From: Octopus sinensis
Lineage: Eukaryota
Length of the DNA stretch: 64,000 nucleotides
Assembly: GCF_006345805.1 (NCBI RefSeq)
Contig: NC_043009.1
Coordinates: 22,816,001-22,880,000, forward strand
Direction: 5' to 3'
Under the pieces are notes generated by a model. That model did no database searches and was not told where the DNA came from. It saw only the letters and a list, made by a program, of their open reading frames with translations. The translations under genes and the position numbers were made by a program. Below, in pieces: positions 13,153-25,990 of the stretch (the stretch's first letter is position 1; every line of letters begins with the position of its first letter).

Positions 13153-13600
13153 TTGTGTGTCTGTCCCCCTAGCATTGCTTGACAACCGATGCTGGTGTGT
13201 TTAAGTCCCCGTCACTTAGCGGTTCATCAAAAGAGACCGATAGAATAAGTACTGGGCTTACAAAGAATAAGTCCCGGGGTCGATTTGCTCGACTAAAGGC
13301 GGTGCTCCAGCATGGCCACAGTCAAATGACTGAAAAGAGTAAAAGAGTACTATTTGAAATATGACAGACATTGTCAGTTTAGATCTTTCAAGAAATTTGT
13401 TGCTTTGCACGGAAACTGTGTTTTTACATTTTGAGCATCTCAAAATAACGCCATCAAGATACCTTTGAGACTGTTATAATGACATGTTATGACAACACAC
13501 ACAGCTTGTCATGGGCAATAATGCAGTTTGCTTGCACAACAGTATTAAGTGCTAAATTTCCATTTGTGGAGTAGCCATTTTGAATCATCGCAACAAAACA
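12600..13600 (-). pseudogene. Decayed Merlin/IS1016-like transposase, interrupted by a SINE
   Basis: Minus-strand peptides DGVILRCSKCKNTVSVQSNKFLERSKL (Zn-ribbon-like) and QQFSDIRYVCDILC...CKEVQIDGKSIF resemble the Merlin DG.WRC..C..SIR..SFF.SKL and REVC...VEIDES motifs as I recall them; contains stops and frameshifts, and no TIRs were found. Confidence 0.5.
12950..13347 (+). mobile_element. Full-length tRNA-derived SINE family A (possibly the octopus Twin SINE; name not verified)
   Basis: AGGCGCAAGAGTGGCTGTGTGGTAAG head, B box GGGTTCAGTTCC, internal (TA)n(TG)n, 3' domain AATAAGTCC-GGGGTCGAT. About 20 copies in the window on both strands. Confidence 0.9.
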
Positions 13601-14241
13601 ACAGAGACAGAAAAACAACAGATATGAAGGGAGGGCGGAGTAAGAAAGAAAAATGAAGAAAATTTTGTTAAAACAAAACCTCTGAAAAAACAAAAATTTC
13701 TTCAGACAATGTTATTTTGCAGATTCTGAATCTTTGAAGATAAAAAAAATAATAAATAGATAAAAATAAAAGACTGACTTTAAAAAGAAAAGTTTATATA
13801 AAAAGGGGTTAGAGATTAGTTTATAATCTGAAATTCTGTCAAAGTTACATTTTATATCCCCAAAATAAAAATGTTCCACCACCTCTGCAGTATCTAAAGA
13901 ACTTGTTTGAATATCATTTTGTAGAATGATAGGTTAAAATTTGCTTGAATTTTCTCTCAGATTAGATTACAAATGGAACGCTTCTGCTGCATAGGTCAGA
14001 AACCATTTCAAACATATATGCGGGATATTTCTTATAAGCAAACTTTGTTTGAGAGTTGCAGATGAATGAGTCAAAAGGGCCCTCTCTCTTCAAGGTCAGC
14101 TTTGAGTTTGTTACATCAAGAAACATGCATACCAAATCCAAAAACGAAGCACAAAGTATATTTTCCTTGAATGAAAAGGTTTATCTTATGAAACAACAAA
14201 ATGACTGCCACGATTTTTTAATAAATTTGCAAATTATATGT

Positions 14242-14564
14242 CAGTGGTTCTCAAATTTTTTTTATCTATGGACTCCTTTGATTACTATTTTATTTTGGTG
14301 GACACCCGTGGCCATTCAATGTTTTAAAATTAGTTTTAAAGAGACTTCTTTCAAAATTTCTATTTTGTCTATCACACATTCATTTGTGTTGGCTGAAGTG
14401 TGTAAAATGTCAGAGAAGGAAACCTAGCTGTTTCTTACAATGAATAAATCTAAAGCAAAACTTTTTCATGGACCCATTAAATACTACAGCAGACCCCATT
14501 AACTATCTTGTCTGTGGCCCTCAAAATCTTATTTGTACCACAAAAGGTCATATGGAAACCAATC
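14242..14564. mobile_element. hAT (Charlie-type) MITE, degenerate
   Basis: Starts CAGTGGTTCTCAA (Charlie-type TIR); degenerate right end ATGGAAACCAATC. Confidence 0.45.
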
Positions 14565-15163
14565 TCTACTTGTGGTGAATATTTTGATCACTTGTTTTCA
14601 GTCACTGTAATCTGAATGAATGAATGAATGAATGAATGTGTGCGTGTGTGTGTGTGTGCGTGTGTGTGTGCGCGCGCGTGTGTGTGTGTGTATGTGTGTG
14701 TGTTTATGTATGTATGTATGTATGCATGCATGTATGTATGTATAAATACACATACAATAGGCTTCTTTCAGTTTCTGTCTACTCACAAGACTTTGACTGA
14801 TCTGAGGCTATAACAGAAAACACTTGCCTAAGGTACCACACAGTGGGACTGAACCTGGAACCATGAGGCTGGGAAGCAAGCTTCTAACTACACAGCCACA
14901 CCTGTGCATCATATACCCATATATCCTAAGTAGTAACTAGAAGGGGCATCTGGCTATACAACACTACAACAGAAAACCCACTCAATCTTTGCTGCTAATG
15001 AAAATCAGACATAATTGATTATATAAGTTGCGCTTTCTCTCCATTACATAATCAGTTATGTACAGTGAGGAGTGTTTTCATTTGAGAATATACCTTTATT
15101 TACACATGCAAAAATGTTTGCAACATGGTGTGCATGTCTGTGTATATGTATGCATGTGTGAAC

Positions 15164-15195
<32 letters not shown>

Positions 15196-15741
15196 ATAAT
15201 GTTCTAGACAACAACTGGATCCCCTTGTCTACTTAATCTCATTAATTATTTGGCATATTACGTACAGACATATCATACTCTTTTACTCTATTGTCAAAAA
15301 CATATTCCAAGCAGTATTTTCTTTTGATTTATGCCCATCATTGACAAGCATTAATTTACTTCCAGCGAACTATATTGTATTATATGCAGCCTTTGCAACA
15401 TCTGTTTATAACTATCAAAGTGTGAAGAATGTTAGAAAAAAAAACAACAAAAAAAATATGCGAATGCAATTGTATTGTATAGAGATGTTAGTTACAGCAG
15501 CGAGAGAAGATATAAATTAAAACAGTTACTCTAAGCACATGTTACTATTATTACTATATGAAGATGTAAACAAGCTTTCAGTAAACCACTAATGTAACAA
15601 TGTTTTGTGCCGCAGGCACAAATTGCAGTAATTGTATTGCTATTAATACTAACATCAAATTATATATGTGTTTGTGTGTTATACACACATACACACAGAT
15701 GAACAAGCATATAAATACATGTTATTGTATATACATATAAT

Positions 15742-16140
15742 CATCATCATCATCGTTTAACGTCTGTTTTCCATGCTAGCATGGGTTGGACGGTTTGACC
15801 GGCATCTGGGAAGCCAGGAGGCTGCACCAAGCTCCAGTCTGATCTGGCAGTGTTTTTACAGCTGGATGCCCTTCTTAATGCCAACCACTCCGTGAGTGTA
15901 GTGGGTGCTTTTTACATGCCACTGGCACAGGGACCAGAGAAGGCTGGCAAACGGCCACAATTGGTTGGTGCTTTTACATGTCACCGACACGGACGCCAGT
16001 CAGGCGGTGCTGGCATCAGCGACGTTTGGAAAGTGCTTTTTATGTGTCACCGGCATGGGTATCTTAACTACAATTTACATTTGATTTTTATTTTGATGTT
16101 AGTGTTGATGTACTTGACTCAATAGGTCTCCACAAGAACA
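15742..16140 (-). mobile_element. RTE 3'UTR-derived truncated copy
   Basis: (CAT)n-CGTTTAACGTCTGTTTTCCATGCTAGC is the reverse complement of the RTE 3' end at 25420-25499. Similar copies at about 1805-1940, 46802-47030, 48370-48710, 52560-52825 and 54790-55140. Confidence 0.85.
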
Positions 16141-18431
16141 GCGGGTCACATGGTTATATGCATTATATACACATATACAAGTGTGTGTGTGTATAGATAT
16201 GTATGTATCTGTGTGCATATGAGGGGTGTATAAAGATATAGTTATGTGGTTCTTAATCATATTGTTTCAGGCTAGGTGCATACCGTAAGCAATATGTCCC
16301 TGTAACCCCATTATTTTGATGGGAGAAGACCAGAGGAATGAAAAATACCTTACTTGGAAACAACACGGGTTAGTGACAGGAAGACTATATGGTTGTAGAA
16401 TACTGCTTCAATCAGTCTAGTCCAACCCATGCCAGCATAGTAAAAGGAGAGGTGATGATGATGATGAAAAAAACTTTAGGATTACTAACAAATAACAATT
16501 TGTTTAAGAATAGTACAAGTTATTTTCAATCTGTATTATAATAAGAGTCCCATTTCTATGTCTGCCTATCCACATGGCTGTCTGTCTGTCTGTCACACAT
16601 CCTCAGATCAAGAGGATTTTCAAGAAATTGATTTGGAGAAATGAAATAAAAAGCAGTGAATTTATTCATTGAATTCACATATGCAATATCTGGAGAAAAA
16701 TATGAGAACTGACTGTGTGATGAAAATATGAAGAGAAAATGACGGGAAGACTGGTAAACGAAAGAAAAAGGTAATAAAGATAGCAACAGATTACCCTAAA
16801 CCTTCAATCAGTTAAATAGTTAATTCTACAGTAAGCCTATTTCAAATAACTGAATGTAGTTCCTTCTACCACCTGAAAATTCTTATTGAAGTGGGTAAGC
16901 TACTTTATAATGCCTTCAGTTAGTAAAACAGTCAATTTTGCTGTGTTTAAGATTAATATATTATTTTCCTCTTAGATTATTGTTGATAAAAACTTGTGAC
17001 ATTAAAAAAGGAATGTCATGAAAATATTCCTTTTCATGAATAAAAATAATTGACTAAAATTTACCATTTACCACTTTGTTTAAGTATGAGGAAGTTTTAG
17101 TTAAGATATTTCAGTGAAATGTTACATTAATATTGTGAACAAAATTAGATATAAAGAAATTCCCTTTAATATTTAGCAGTCACAAATGTTTCTAACACAT
17201 ACTCTCATTCACAAAATGCCATAGCTTTTATGTGGTTACTCAACTGCTGGAAATAGCTGTCAAGTCTTTTTTAAATTAGCAAGACAGACACATCATAATG
17301 AAAAAAAACAGAAATTTGACTTGGACTGTTGTAAACACAGGAGTCATTGAAGTAAATGTAAATACTGCACAGTGTATATTATTGAATTTGTGGGTATCAA
17401 TATATTTTTATAAAATATACATTTCAGTTATTATTAAAATGTTATTTATTAAGTCTTCACTAAAAAAATACCTATATTTCATAATTTACACAATTAAAAA
17501 GTGCCTAATATAATATCTATTTTTCTGAACATGAAAGCAGAGGTAAAGTTAATCACATTCTAATTCTTTCAAAGAATATATTTTATATCAAGGGTATATA
17601 CCAACATGTGTGTTTGTTGTCAAGGAAGCCAATGATGAAGTCATTTCGTTACAACTGTGCAACATGAAGCATATTAGCTGCTTGTTAAATGCTGCAATGA
17701 CACAAGCATTTATCTGAGGATTGTTATCTATAATAATAAATGTGAAATTCTGTCAATCCATCCATCCATCCAGGACCCCTGTATCTCAGTCTACATTTGC
17801 TCTACATATACATATGATACATTTTTGGAATCAGGATGATCCCAGGATTGAAAAATCTGTCCTTCATTTGGTTCTTGAACATCCAGCATTGGGATCAGGT
17901 CTGGATGAGGATTTGTTATATGCTAACAGTTGAAAATTCAAATTTAAAAAAAAACTCAATTTGTGAACTTGCAAGCTTTTTATTTAAACTGAATTTAAAG
18001 TAATACCACATTGGTTGAGTAATACCATATTGGTAAGGTACCAATAAATGCTTTTATTATTGCCCTCTTTAGTCTGGGGCCACAGGCCCTATTAGCCCTC
18101 CACAGGAGCTAGCTTAAAAGTCTACATAGAGTGCAACTTATAAGTTAGTAAAAGTTGGTACTTGTAATATTGCAAAATTGTAAAACCTCAAAAAATGCAA
18201 AAATCAGGCAGTATTAGAATTTGATTGACTAATATATATATATCTTGTATTTTTATCAATCATTGGACTGCAATACTACCTTGAAGGGTTTTTAACTGAA
18301 CAAATAAATCCTAGTATTTTTAAAGCCTGATACTTATTCTATCAGTCTCTTTTGCTGAGCTGTTAAGTTACAGTGAAATAAACAAACCAGCACTGGTTGT
18401 CAAGCAGCGGTGGCTAATAAAACACAAAGAC

Positions 18432-18449
18432 ATACACACACACACACAC

Positions 18450-18496
<47 letters not shown>

Positions 18497-18827
18497 ATAT
18501 ATTTATATATATATATCTATATATATATATATACTATATATATATATATATATATCTATATATTACTAATATATATTATATATACTATATATAATATATG
18601 TATATATATATACTATATTATATATATTACTATATATATATATACTAATATATATTATACTATATATATATAATATACATATATTATATATGTATATATA
18701 ATAACTATANNNNNNNNNNNNNNNNNNNNNNNNNNNNNNNNNNNNNNNNNNNNNNNNNNNNNNNNNNNNNNNNNNNNNNNNNNNNNNNNNNNNNNNNNNN
18801 NNNNNNNNNATATATACATATACATAC

Positions 18828-18921
<94 letters not shown>

Positions 18922-18950
18922 TATATATATAATATATATATATATTATAT
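18432..18950. repeat. (CA)n/(TA)n microsatellite containing a 100-N assembly gap (18710-18809)
   Basis: Directly visible. Confidence 0.98.
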
Positions 18951-18951
18951 G

Positions 18952-20885
18952 CAATACCAATGTTAGGCCAAACATTAGCAAATCAGAGATGTCTGCATGT
19001 AAACGTATACAAAACGATCAAACAATAATAATTAAACAAGCAGATAAAGGTGGTGCAATTGTTATTATGGATACCGAATACTATAAGGATTTGGTTGAAG
19101 ACCAACTGAAGGATACAACCTTCTATTGTGAAATACCTGCAAATATAGACCACCACATCATGAAAAAGATCGACAACCTGATCTCAACACACCACAACTC
19201 ACTTACGGATAATGAAAAAGACTACATCACCAATTTCGAACCAAAACCCAGCAACTTCTACGGCTTACCAAAAATACACAAATCAAAATATATTCAACAG
19301 GCAGTAAAAGAACAAGAAAGTGAGTACATAAAATTACAACATCCAAAAGACCTAAAACTTAGACCTATTATAGCTGGTCCAGCATGCCCTACACACCGTC
19401 TAAGCAATTTTATTGACATTGTTTTGAAACCACTATGTACTTACATACCCAGTTTCATCAGGGATGACATCGACTTCCTGTCCCATCTTCCCAAAACAAC
19501 AGAAACAAATTCAGTTTTACTAACTTTTGATGTGGTAAGCCTCTACACCAATATTCCACACGATTTAGGAATAAAGGCGATTAAATACTGGTTAGAAAAA
19601 CATAGAGAAGTGATTCCCAGCAGATTCACAGTGCCATTTATATTAGACACAGTCAAACTTATTCTAGAAAATAACACATTCTTCTTCAATGGAAAGAATT
19701 ACATCCAAATTAGAGGCATGGCGATGGGAACGAGGTTTGCTCCCGTTTACGCCAACTCTGTAATGGGATACTTAGAATAACAACTCTACCAAGAGGTGGA
19801 GGTAAACTATGGCACTGGATTTAGAAAGTATATTGAAAAGGCATGGAAGAGATACTTAGACGACTGCTTCATAATCTGGACAGAATCTCTAAATACTCTG
19901 GAAGAGTTCAATATCCTCCTGAACAACCTACACCCATCTCTCCAATTTACAAAGGAGATGAGTAGTACCAAATTACCATTCCTAGATATAATGGTAATTA
20001 AAAAAGACACCACCATCACCACAGATATATACTATAAACACACAGACACACATCAATACCTAAATTTTAAGTCGTGCCATCCACCACATACAAAACGTAA
20101 CATCCCATACTGCCTAGCCAGAAGAATTTGTACCATTGTAGAAGATGCAAATATCAGGAACAAACGCCTAATAGAACTAAGAGAATTTTTGCTCAAACAA
20201 AAATACCCATCTCTACTTATAGAAAATGGCATACAGCGGGCTATAAAAATACCCATACAACAACAAGGAAGAGGAAAACAAGAACAAGTCATACCATTCA
20301 TAGTGACACACAACCCATGTCACCAGAATATCTTCAACATTGCCAAAGCAAACCTACCAATCATTGCCCAAAGTAATGAATTAAAAGACATAATCACGGA
20401 TCGAGCTATGGTGCTTAGTAAAAGACAGCCTAAAAACTTGAAAACATTACTTACAAAGGCAAAATTTGACCTTAGCAACAAAGACCAAACATTCACGGTA
20501 TCTAAATGCAATGATAGCCAATGTGGCACATGCCAATTCATACATACCAGTCAATATATAAACACAAAAACCGGAAAATATTCACAAACGCGAATATGAA
20601 CTGCAAAAGCAGAATTTAATTTACTGCATCAAATGCCCAAATTGTGAAGAAATATATGTAGGTCAGACGGGAAACGCACTATTAGAACGCTCACGTGTAC
20701 ACCGGCAACAGATTAGAGACCCAGAGGTCCGTCAGATACCTTTGAGTAACCACCTGGCAACATGTGGCCGGAAAATGTATATAATATTTCCGTTCTACAA
20801 ATTACACAGCCCAAGTGAAATCGAGAGGAGAATCAGAGAAAAGAATTTTATTGATAAATTCGAACCCAAGCTAAATAAGCAATAA
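18952..20885 (+). pseudogene. Penelope-like retroelement (Neptune-type) RT + GIY-YIG endonuclease ORF, 5'-truncated and disrupted
   Basis: Motifs IIIKQADKGG, FYGLPKIHK, LRPIIA, TFDVVSLYTNIP, RGMAMGTRFAP, KRYLDD, YLNFKSCHP. C-x4-C-x2-C linker (CNDSQCGTC), then NLIYCIKCPNCEEIYVGQTG...EKNFIDKFEPKLNKQ*. In-frame TAA at 19778 and two frameshifts near 20575-20615. Confidence 0.95.
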
Positions 20886-21194
20886 AAATAATACTTAGAG
20901 GTACTACTTCCACTGCTACAACCATGATCACTAACAACAACAACAATACTAAAGGTGATCAAGATGAAGATAGCAGGAAAATTATCTTATTTAGGGTTAA
21001 AAGTTCTATTGCCACCACCATCACCACTAGCAACAATAATTAAGGTGCTGACAATGATGATGATGACAATTGAAATATAAAAATATAAAAATCTCTGACA
21101 AAGGATATTTACAACATTTCTAAAAATAACCCATCAATTGCTGCTTTGGCCAGGGTCAAGATACAGGACTCTTGACATGTCCAACAAAGCATGA

Positions 21195-21345
21195 TGCCTA
21201 AACCAATCAGCTCAACCAACCAATCAGCTTAAGTAATTGAGTGATACTACACACTGATTGGTCAGAATACAGTTTGCAAAACCTAGCACTCTGGAGCCTA
21301 CCCAGCTGTATTTATAGCACAGAATCAATCATCTTGCTACAGTCA
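21195..21345 (+). promoter_or_regulatory. Putative Pol II promoter in the PLE 3' pseudo-LTR
   Basis: CCAAT at 21203 and 21220 (both within AACCAATCAG), inverted ATTGG at 21257, TATTTATA at 21309, Inr-like CAGTC about 31 nt later; AATAAA at about 21461. Confidence 0.45.
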
Positions 21346-21536
21346 AAAATTGCGAAGCATGACTGTCACCAATACTACATGAACATTTAACATTCTACTA
21401 TTTCATTTTATTTTATTCAATTATAATATATTATCTTATAATATATCATTATAAGATTGTAAATAAAACGTGAAAATCAGACAAGGTTGGAATTCCTTTT
21501 ATTAATATATTCTTCTATACACAATCACACACACCC

Positions 21537-21577
<41 letters not shown>

Positions 21578-21612
21578 CATATATATATACATATATATAC
21601 ATATATATACAT

Positions 21613-21688
<76 letters not shown>

Positions 21689-21692
<4 letters not shown>

Positions 21693-22425
21693 ACGGACCA
21701 CCTGCCGTCGCCTGGTCGATCAGCGAATCTTTTCGCCACGGAAACTCGGAGAGGAGAGAGAGATACAACAACAACAGCAGCACAGAGGCAATTGAGAGAG
21801 ACACAAAGAGGCAAGGCAACTGGCTTACATTTAACAACTAGTTTATATGACAATCAATTGTTACAACATCAAATACATATCAGGTACATTTAAAAGAAGA
21901 CATGCAAGTAACAACTCAATACATCATACAGGTATACCACAGATCAAAGCATTTAACAACATGCAGATACAATATAACCGTCCGGTAACAACACATCAAG
22001 TTCAATAACAACAGCATTTCAAGAGTACACGTCCGAAGACACAGTTCTATTTCAAAACACATTAAAGGCATATACAGTTCGAAGGACATTAAAGGCCTAA
22101 CAGTTCAATGTTCATTATACAATGTTCAAATCACAACACTGTACACAATGTCCTTACACATTTCACATTGTTCATTAAATTCCTTTTTACTGTCTCATTT
22201 CTTTTCAACATTTCGATACATCGATTCCTTTTCCTTCACATATCAATACACAATTCACATACCTTATATTAGCCAACGCCTCATATTGTACCTCATCTCT
22301 CTCAGTACTGCTAGCTCCAACTTGCCAAACTCTTGCCCCGAATTCCCAAATCCTCGCTCCTAAAATCCCAACTGCTCGCTTTGACGACCGAATACCGACT
22401 GTCCAAACGTCTTGCTCCCTCACCA
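21689..22425 (-). mobile_element. Putative LTR of an LTR retrotransposon with adjacent polypurine tract
   Basis: Minus strand: purine run GAGGGG (22426-22431), then TG... ending ...GGTCCGTAACA at 21689; TATA-like AATATAAG inside; purine-rich internal remnant to about 22720. No second LTR or TSD seen. Confidence 0.4.
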
Positions 22426-22739
22426 CCCCTCAATCTGTCTTAGCACTGCTACTATTCTCTCTATCTGCTCTCAGATTCCTTAATCTGTCTTTCTCACTAC
22501 TTTCTTCTTCCTCTTCTTCACTGTCACTAGATTCTTCCTTACTCTATCTTCCTCGGCCCTCACATCTCTCTGACCCCTAATCGACCGGCACAAGGCCAAA
22601 GGTCCCTCCAAAAGCCATTAGTCTTCCATAAAGAAAGGGCTGTAACTTTTTATTCCAGACTTGCAGGCACCAGTCCCAACAAAGTGGGTCAAGAAATACT
22701 GCACCAGTCGAACCATTCATAGCAATATATATACATATA

Positions 22740-22774
<35 letters not shown>

Positions 22775-22778
<4 letters not shown>

Positions 22779-25499
22779 CTTGAGGCCAGAAGGACTCCAA
22801 GAAACAAACCAATCCAGAAAAGAAGGATTTGGAGGCTAAAGAACCCTTCACATGGTCAGAAATTTAGGGACATACTCATCAAGAAATTTGATGAGAGGGA
22901 GGAGGAGCTCCAGACGTCAGACATAGAAGGTAGCTGGGAATTCCTACGGGACAGCTTGCTGAGCGCCACAGACCGAGTCTGTGGATGGTGCAGAGTCCCT
23001 TCCAGACCTAGAGTTACGTGGTGGTGGAACAGTGCAGTAGATAAAGCCATTAGTGCAAAGAGACGGGCCTGGAAAGCCTGGATGGATGGGGGCAGCAGGG
23101 AACTGTACCAGGCAGCCAAAAGGGAGGCTGGGCGGCAGGTATACATAGCCAAAGATGTAGCAGAAAAGAAGAAGTTTACCAATGTCCAGCGACGTGAGGA
23201 CCAAGAGCTGAGGTATTTCGGATTGCCAGACAGTGTGTCAGAAAAATAGTGATGTTACAGGAGAGAAATGTGTCCGCATGGATGATGGGGCACTTGCTTT
23301 TACTGTTAGTGAAAAGAAAGAGGCTTGGAGAAGCCATTACGAAAGACTGCTGAACGAGGAGAATGAATGGGAGGAGGAGAGCCTGCCAAATGTTGACCCA
23401 GTAGAGGGACCAGCTACCCGAATAGACAGCTCCCTTGTAGATAAGGCAATTAAGGATATGAAACCAGGCAAAGCCCCGGCCCATCAGGAATCACTGCTGA
23501 GATGCTTAAAACAGCTGGCTATGTGGGCTATGGCATAGTCACCCGCATTGTAAACCAGGTAGTTCACAATGGAGTCATACCCAATGACTGGCGTAGCAGC
23601 ACCATAGTCAACTGCTACAAGGGTAAGGGTGATGCTCTAGATAGAAATAATTACAAACTGTTGGACCAGGTGATGAAGGTCACAGAGAGGGTCATAACCC
23701 ATCTCATTAGGGAGAGAATTTGCTTAGATGAAATGCAGTTCGGTTTTGTGCCAGGTAGAAGCACCACTGATGCTATATTCCTGGTCCGACAACTGCAGGA
23801 GAAGTACCTAGCTAAAGATAAACCCCTCTACATAGCCTTTGTGGACTTGGAGAAAGCCTTTGACAGGGTTCCCCGTTCCCTTATCTGGTGGTCGATGCGG
23901 AAACTGGAGATTGACGAATGGCTAATAAGGGCTGTACAGGCTCTATACAGAGAGGCTGCCAGCAAGGTTAGGATTGGCAACAAATATAGTGAAGAATTCC
24001 GGGTAGAAGTAGGTGTGCACCAGGGCTCAGCCCTCAGTCCCCTTCTATTCATCATAGTCCTCCAGGCAATAACAGAGGAATTCAAAACAGGATGCCCCTG
24101 GGAGCTCCTCTATGCTGATGACCTGGCTCTCATAGCAGAATCACTAAAGGAACTAGAAAAGAAATTTCGGGCGTGGAAGCAAGGGTTAGAATCAAAGGGC
24201 CTTAGAGTAAATGTAGCAAAGACCAAAGTAATAGTAAGCAGCAAGGCGTACTCAGCACACACCCCCTCGGGTAGGTGGCCCTGCTCAATCTGTAGGAAAG
24301 GTGCATGTAGAAACTCCATAAGATGCACCCAATGTAAGCTATGGACGCACAAGAGGTGCAGCAACATTAAAGGGAAATTAACAGATAAGATAGCTTTCAT
24401 GTGCGGCAGATGCACAGGGACAATAGTCACCACAGACACTCAGAAAGCAGATTCCATCACACTCCAGGGAGAGAAACTAGAAGTAGTTGATAGTTTCCGC
24501 TACCTGGGTGACCAAGTTAGTAGCGGAGGTGGATGCACAGAGAGTATCACCACTAGAATACGAATAGCCTGGGCAAAGTTCAGAAAGCTCCTACCCCTAC
24601 TGGCGAAAAAGGGTCTCTCCCTCAGAGCGAAAGGTAGACTGTATGATGCATGTGTGCGAACTGCCATGCTTCACGGTAATGAAACATGGGCTATGACTGC
24701 AGAGGACATGCGTAGACTTGAAAGAAATGAAGCTAGCATGATCCGCTGGATGTGTAATGTCAGTGTGCACGCACGACAGAGTGTAAGCATCCTGAGAGAA
24801 ATGCTGGATATAAGAAGCATCAGATGTGGTGTGCAAGAGCAACGCTTGCGATGGTATGGTCATGTGCCACTCCCAAACAGTTGAAGGTATCAGGGGGAGA
24901 GGTAGACCCAGGAAGACATGGGATGAGGCAGTCAAGCTTGACCTCAGAGCGTTGGGCCTCACCGAGGCAATGGCGAAGGACCGAGATCTCTGGAGACATG
25001 CTGTGACTGCAAAGACCCGGGCTGCTTCTTGCATCAGTTCCGCATAGCCCCTGCCCATTCAAAATACCCCGGATCCCAGATCGTCCCGCTGTGCTTGAGG
25101 AGACCTGTTGAGTCAAGTACTTGAACACTCCAAACACCCCTCCCCACTGGTGCTCCCCTATATTTCTGCAACCCCCCCCATAAAAAGCACCATCCGAACG
25201 TGGCCGATGCCAGCACCGCCCCGACTGGCTTCTGTGCAGGTGGCACATAAAAAGCACCAACCGACCGTGGCCGATGCCAGACCCCTCTGGCACCTGTGCT
25301 GGTGGCACGTAAAAAGCACCCACTACACTCGCGGAGTGGTTGGCGTTAGGAAGGGCATCCAGCTGTAGAAACACTGCCAGACCAGACTGGAGCCTGGGGC
25401 AGCCCCTGGCTCCTCAGACCCCGGTCGAAACCGTCCAACCCGTGCTAGCGCGGAAAACGGACGTTAAACGACGATGATGATGATGATGATGATGATGAT
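22775..25499 (+). mobile_element. RTE-clade LINE, 5'-truncated (2.7 kb), with full 3'UTR and (GAT)n tail
   Basis: Fragmented ORFs 22956-25047 with PWWN-like TWWWN, KAFDRVPR, GVHQGSALSPLLF, LYADDLAL, FRYLG and RLRWYGHV-like motifs. Frameshifts near 23230, 23500 and 24880; tail GATGATGAT at 25473-25499; flanked by (TA)n. Confidence 0.97.
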
Positions 25500-25562
25500 A
25501 TATATATAGATATATTATATACATATATATATATACATAATATATATACATACATACAATAT

Positions 25563-25608
<46 letters not shown>

Positions 25609-25687
25609 CATATATATACACATATATACATATATATATATATATACACATACACACACACACACACACACACCCACACAACATATA

Positions 25688-25718
<31 letters not shown>

Positions 25719-25990
25719 AATAAAACAAGTGAAGTTGTAAGGTACCACATGAGTGGAAATGTATATGAAAGAAGGTTTGAAAATGCAATCTTAAGATGTT
25801 TATTCACTTGACCGGTTTCACTTTTTTTAGAAAGATTGCAAAGTAAATGTAAGCTTTATATAAGCTTTGTTGTGTTAAGTACTGGTTGTCACAAAAGTAT
25901 TTAAATATATATGTACATTATTTGATAATATAAAAAAATATTAAAAACATTACAAAAAAGTATCTAAGATAATATTCAACAAAAGGTATT

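Noticed and set aside
19778-19780. Selenocysteine read-through in the PLE ORF, as in some Naiad elements
   Set aside because: The stop is TAA, not TGA; the GIY-YIG is C-terminal; additional frameshifts show decay.
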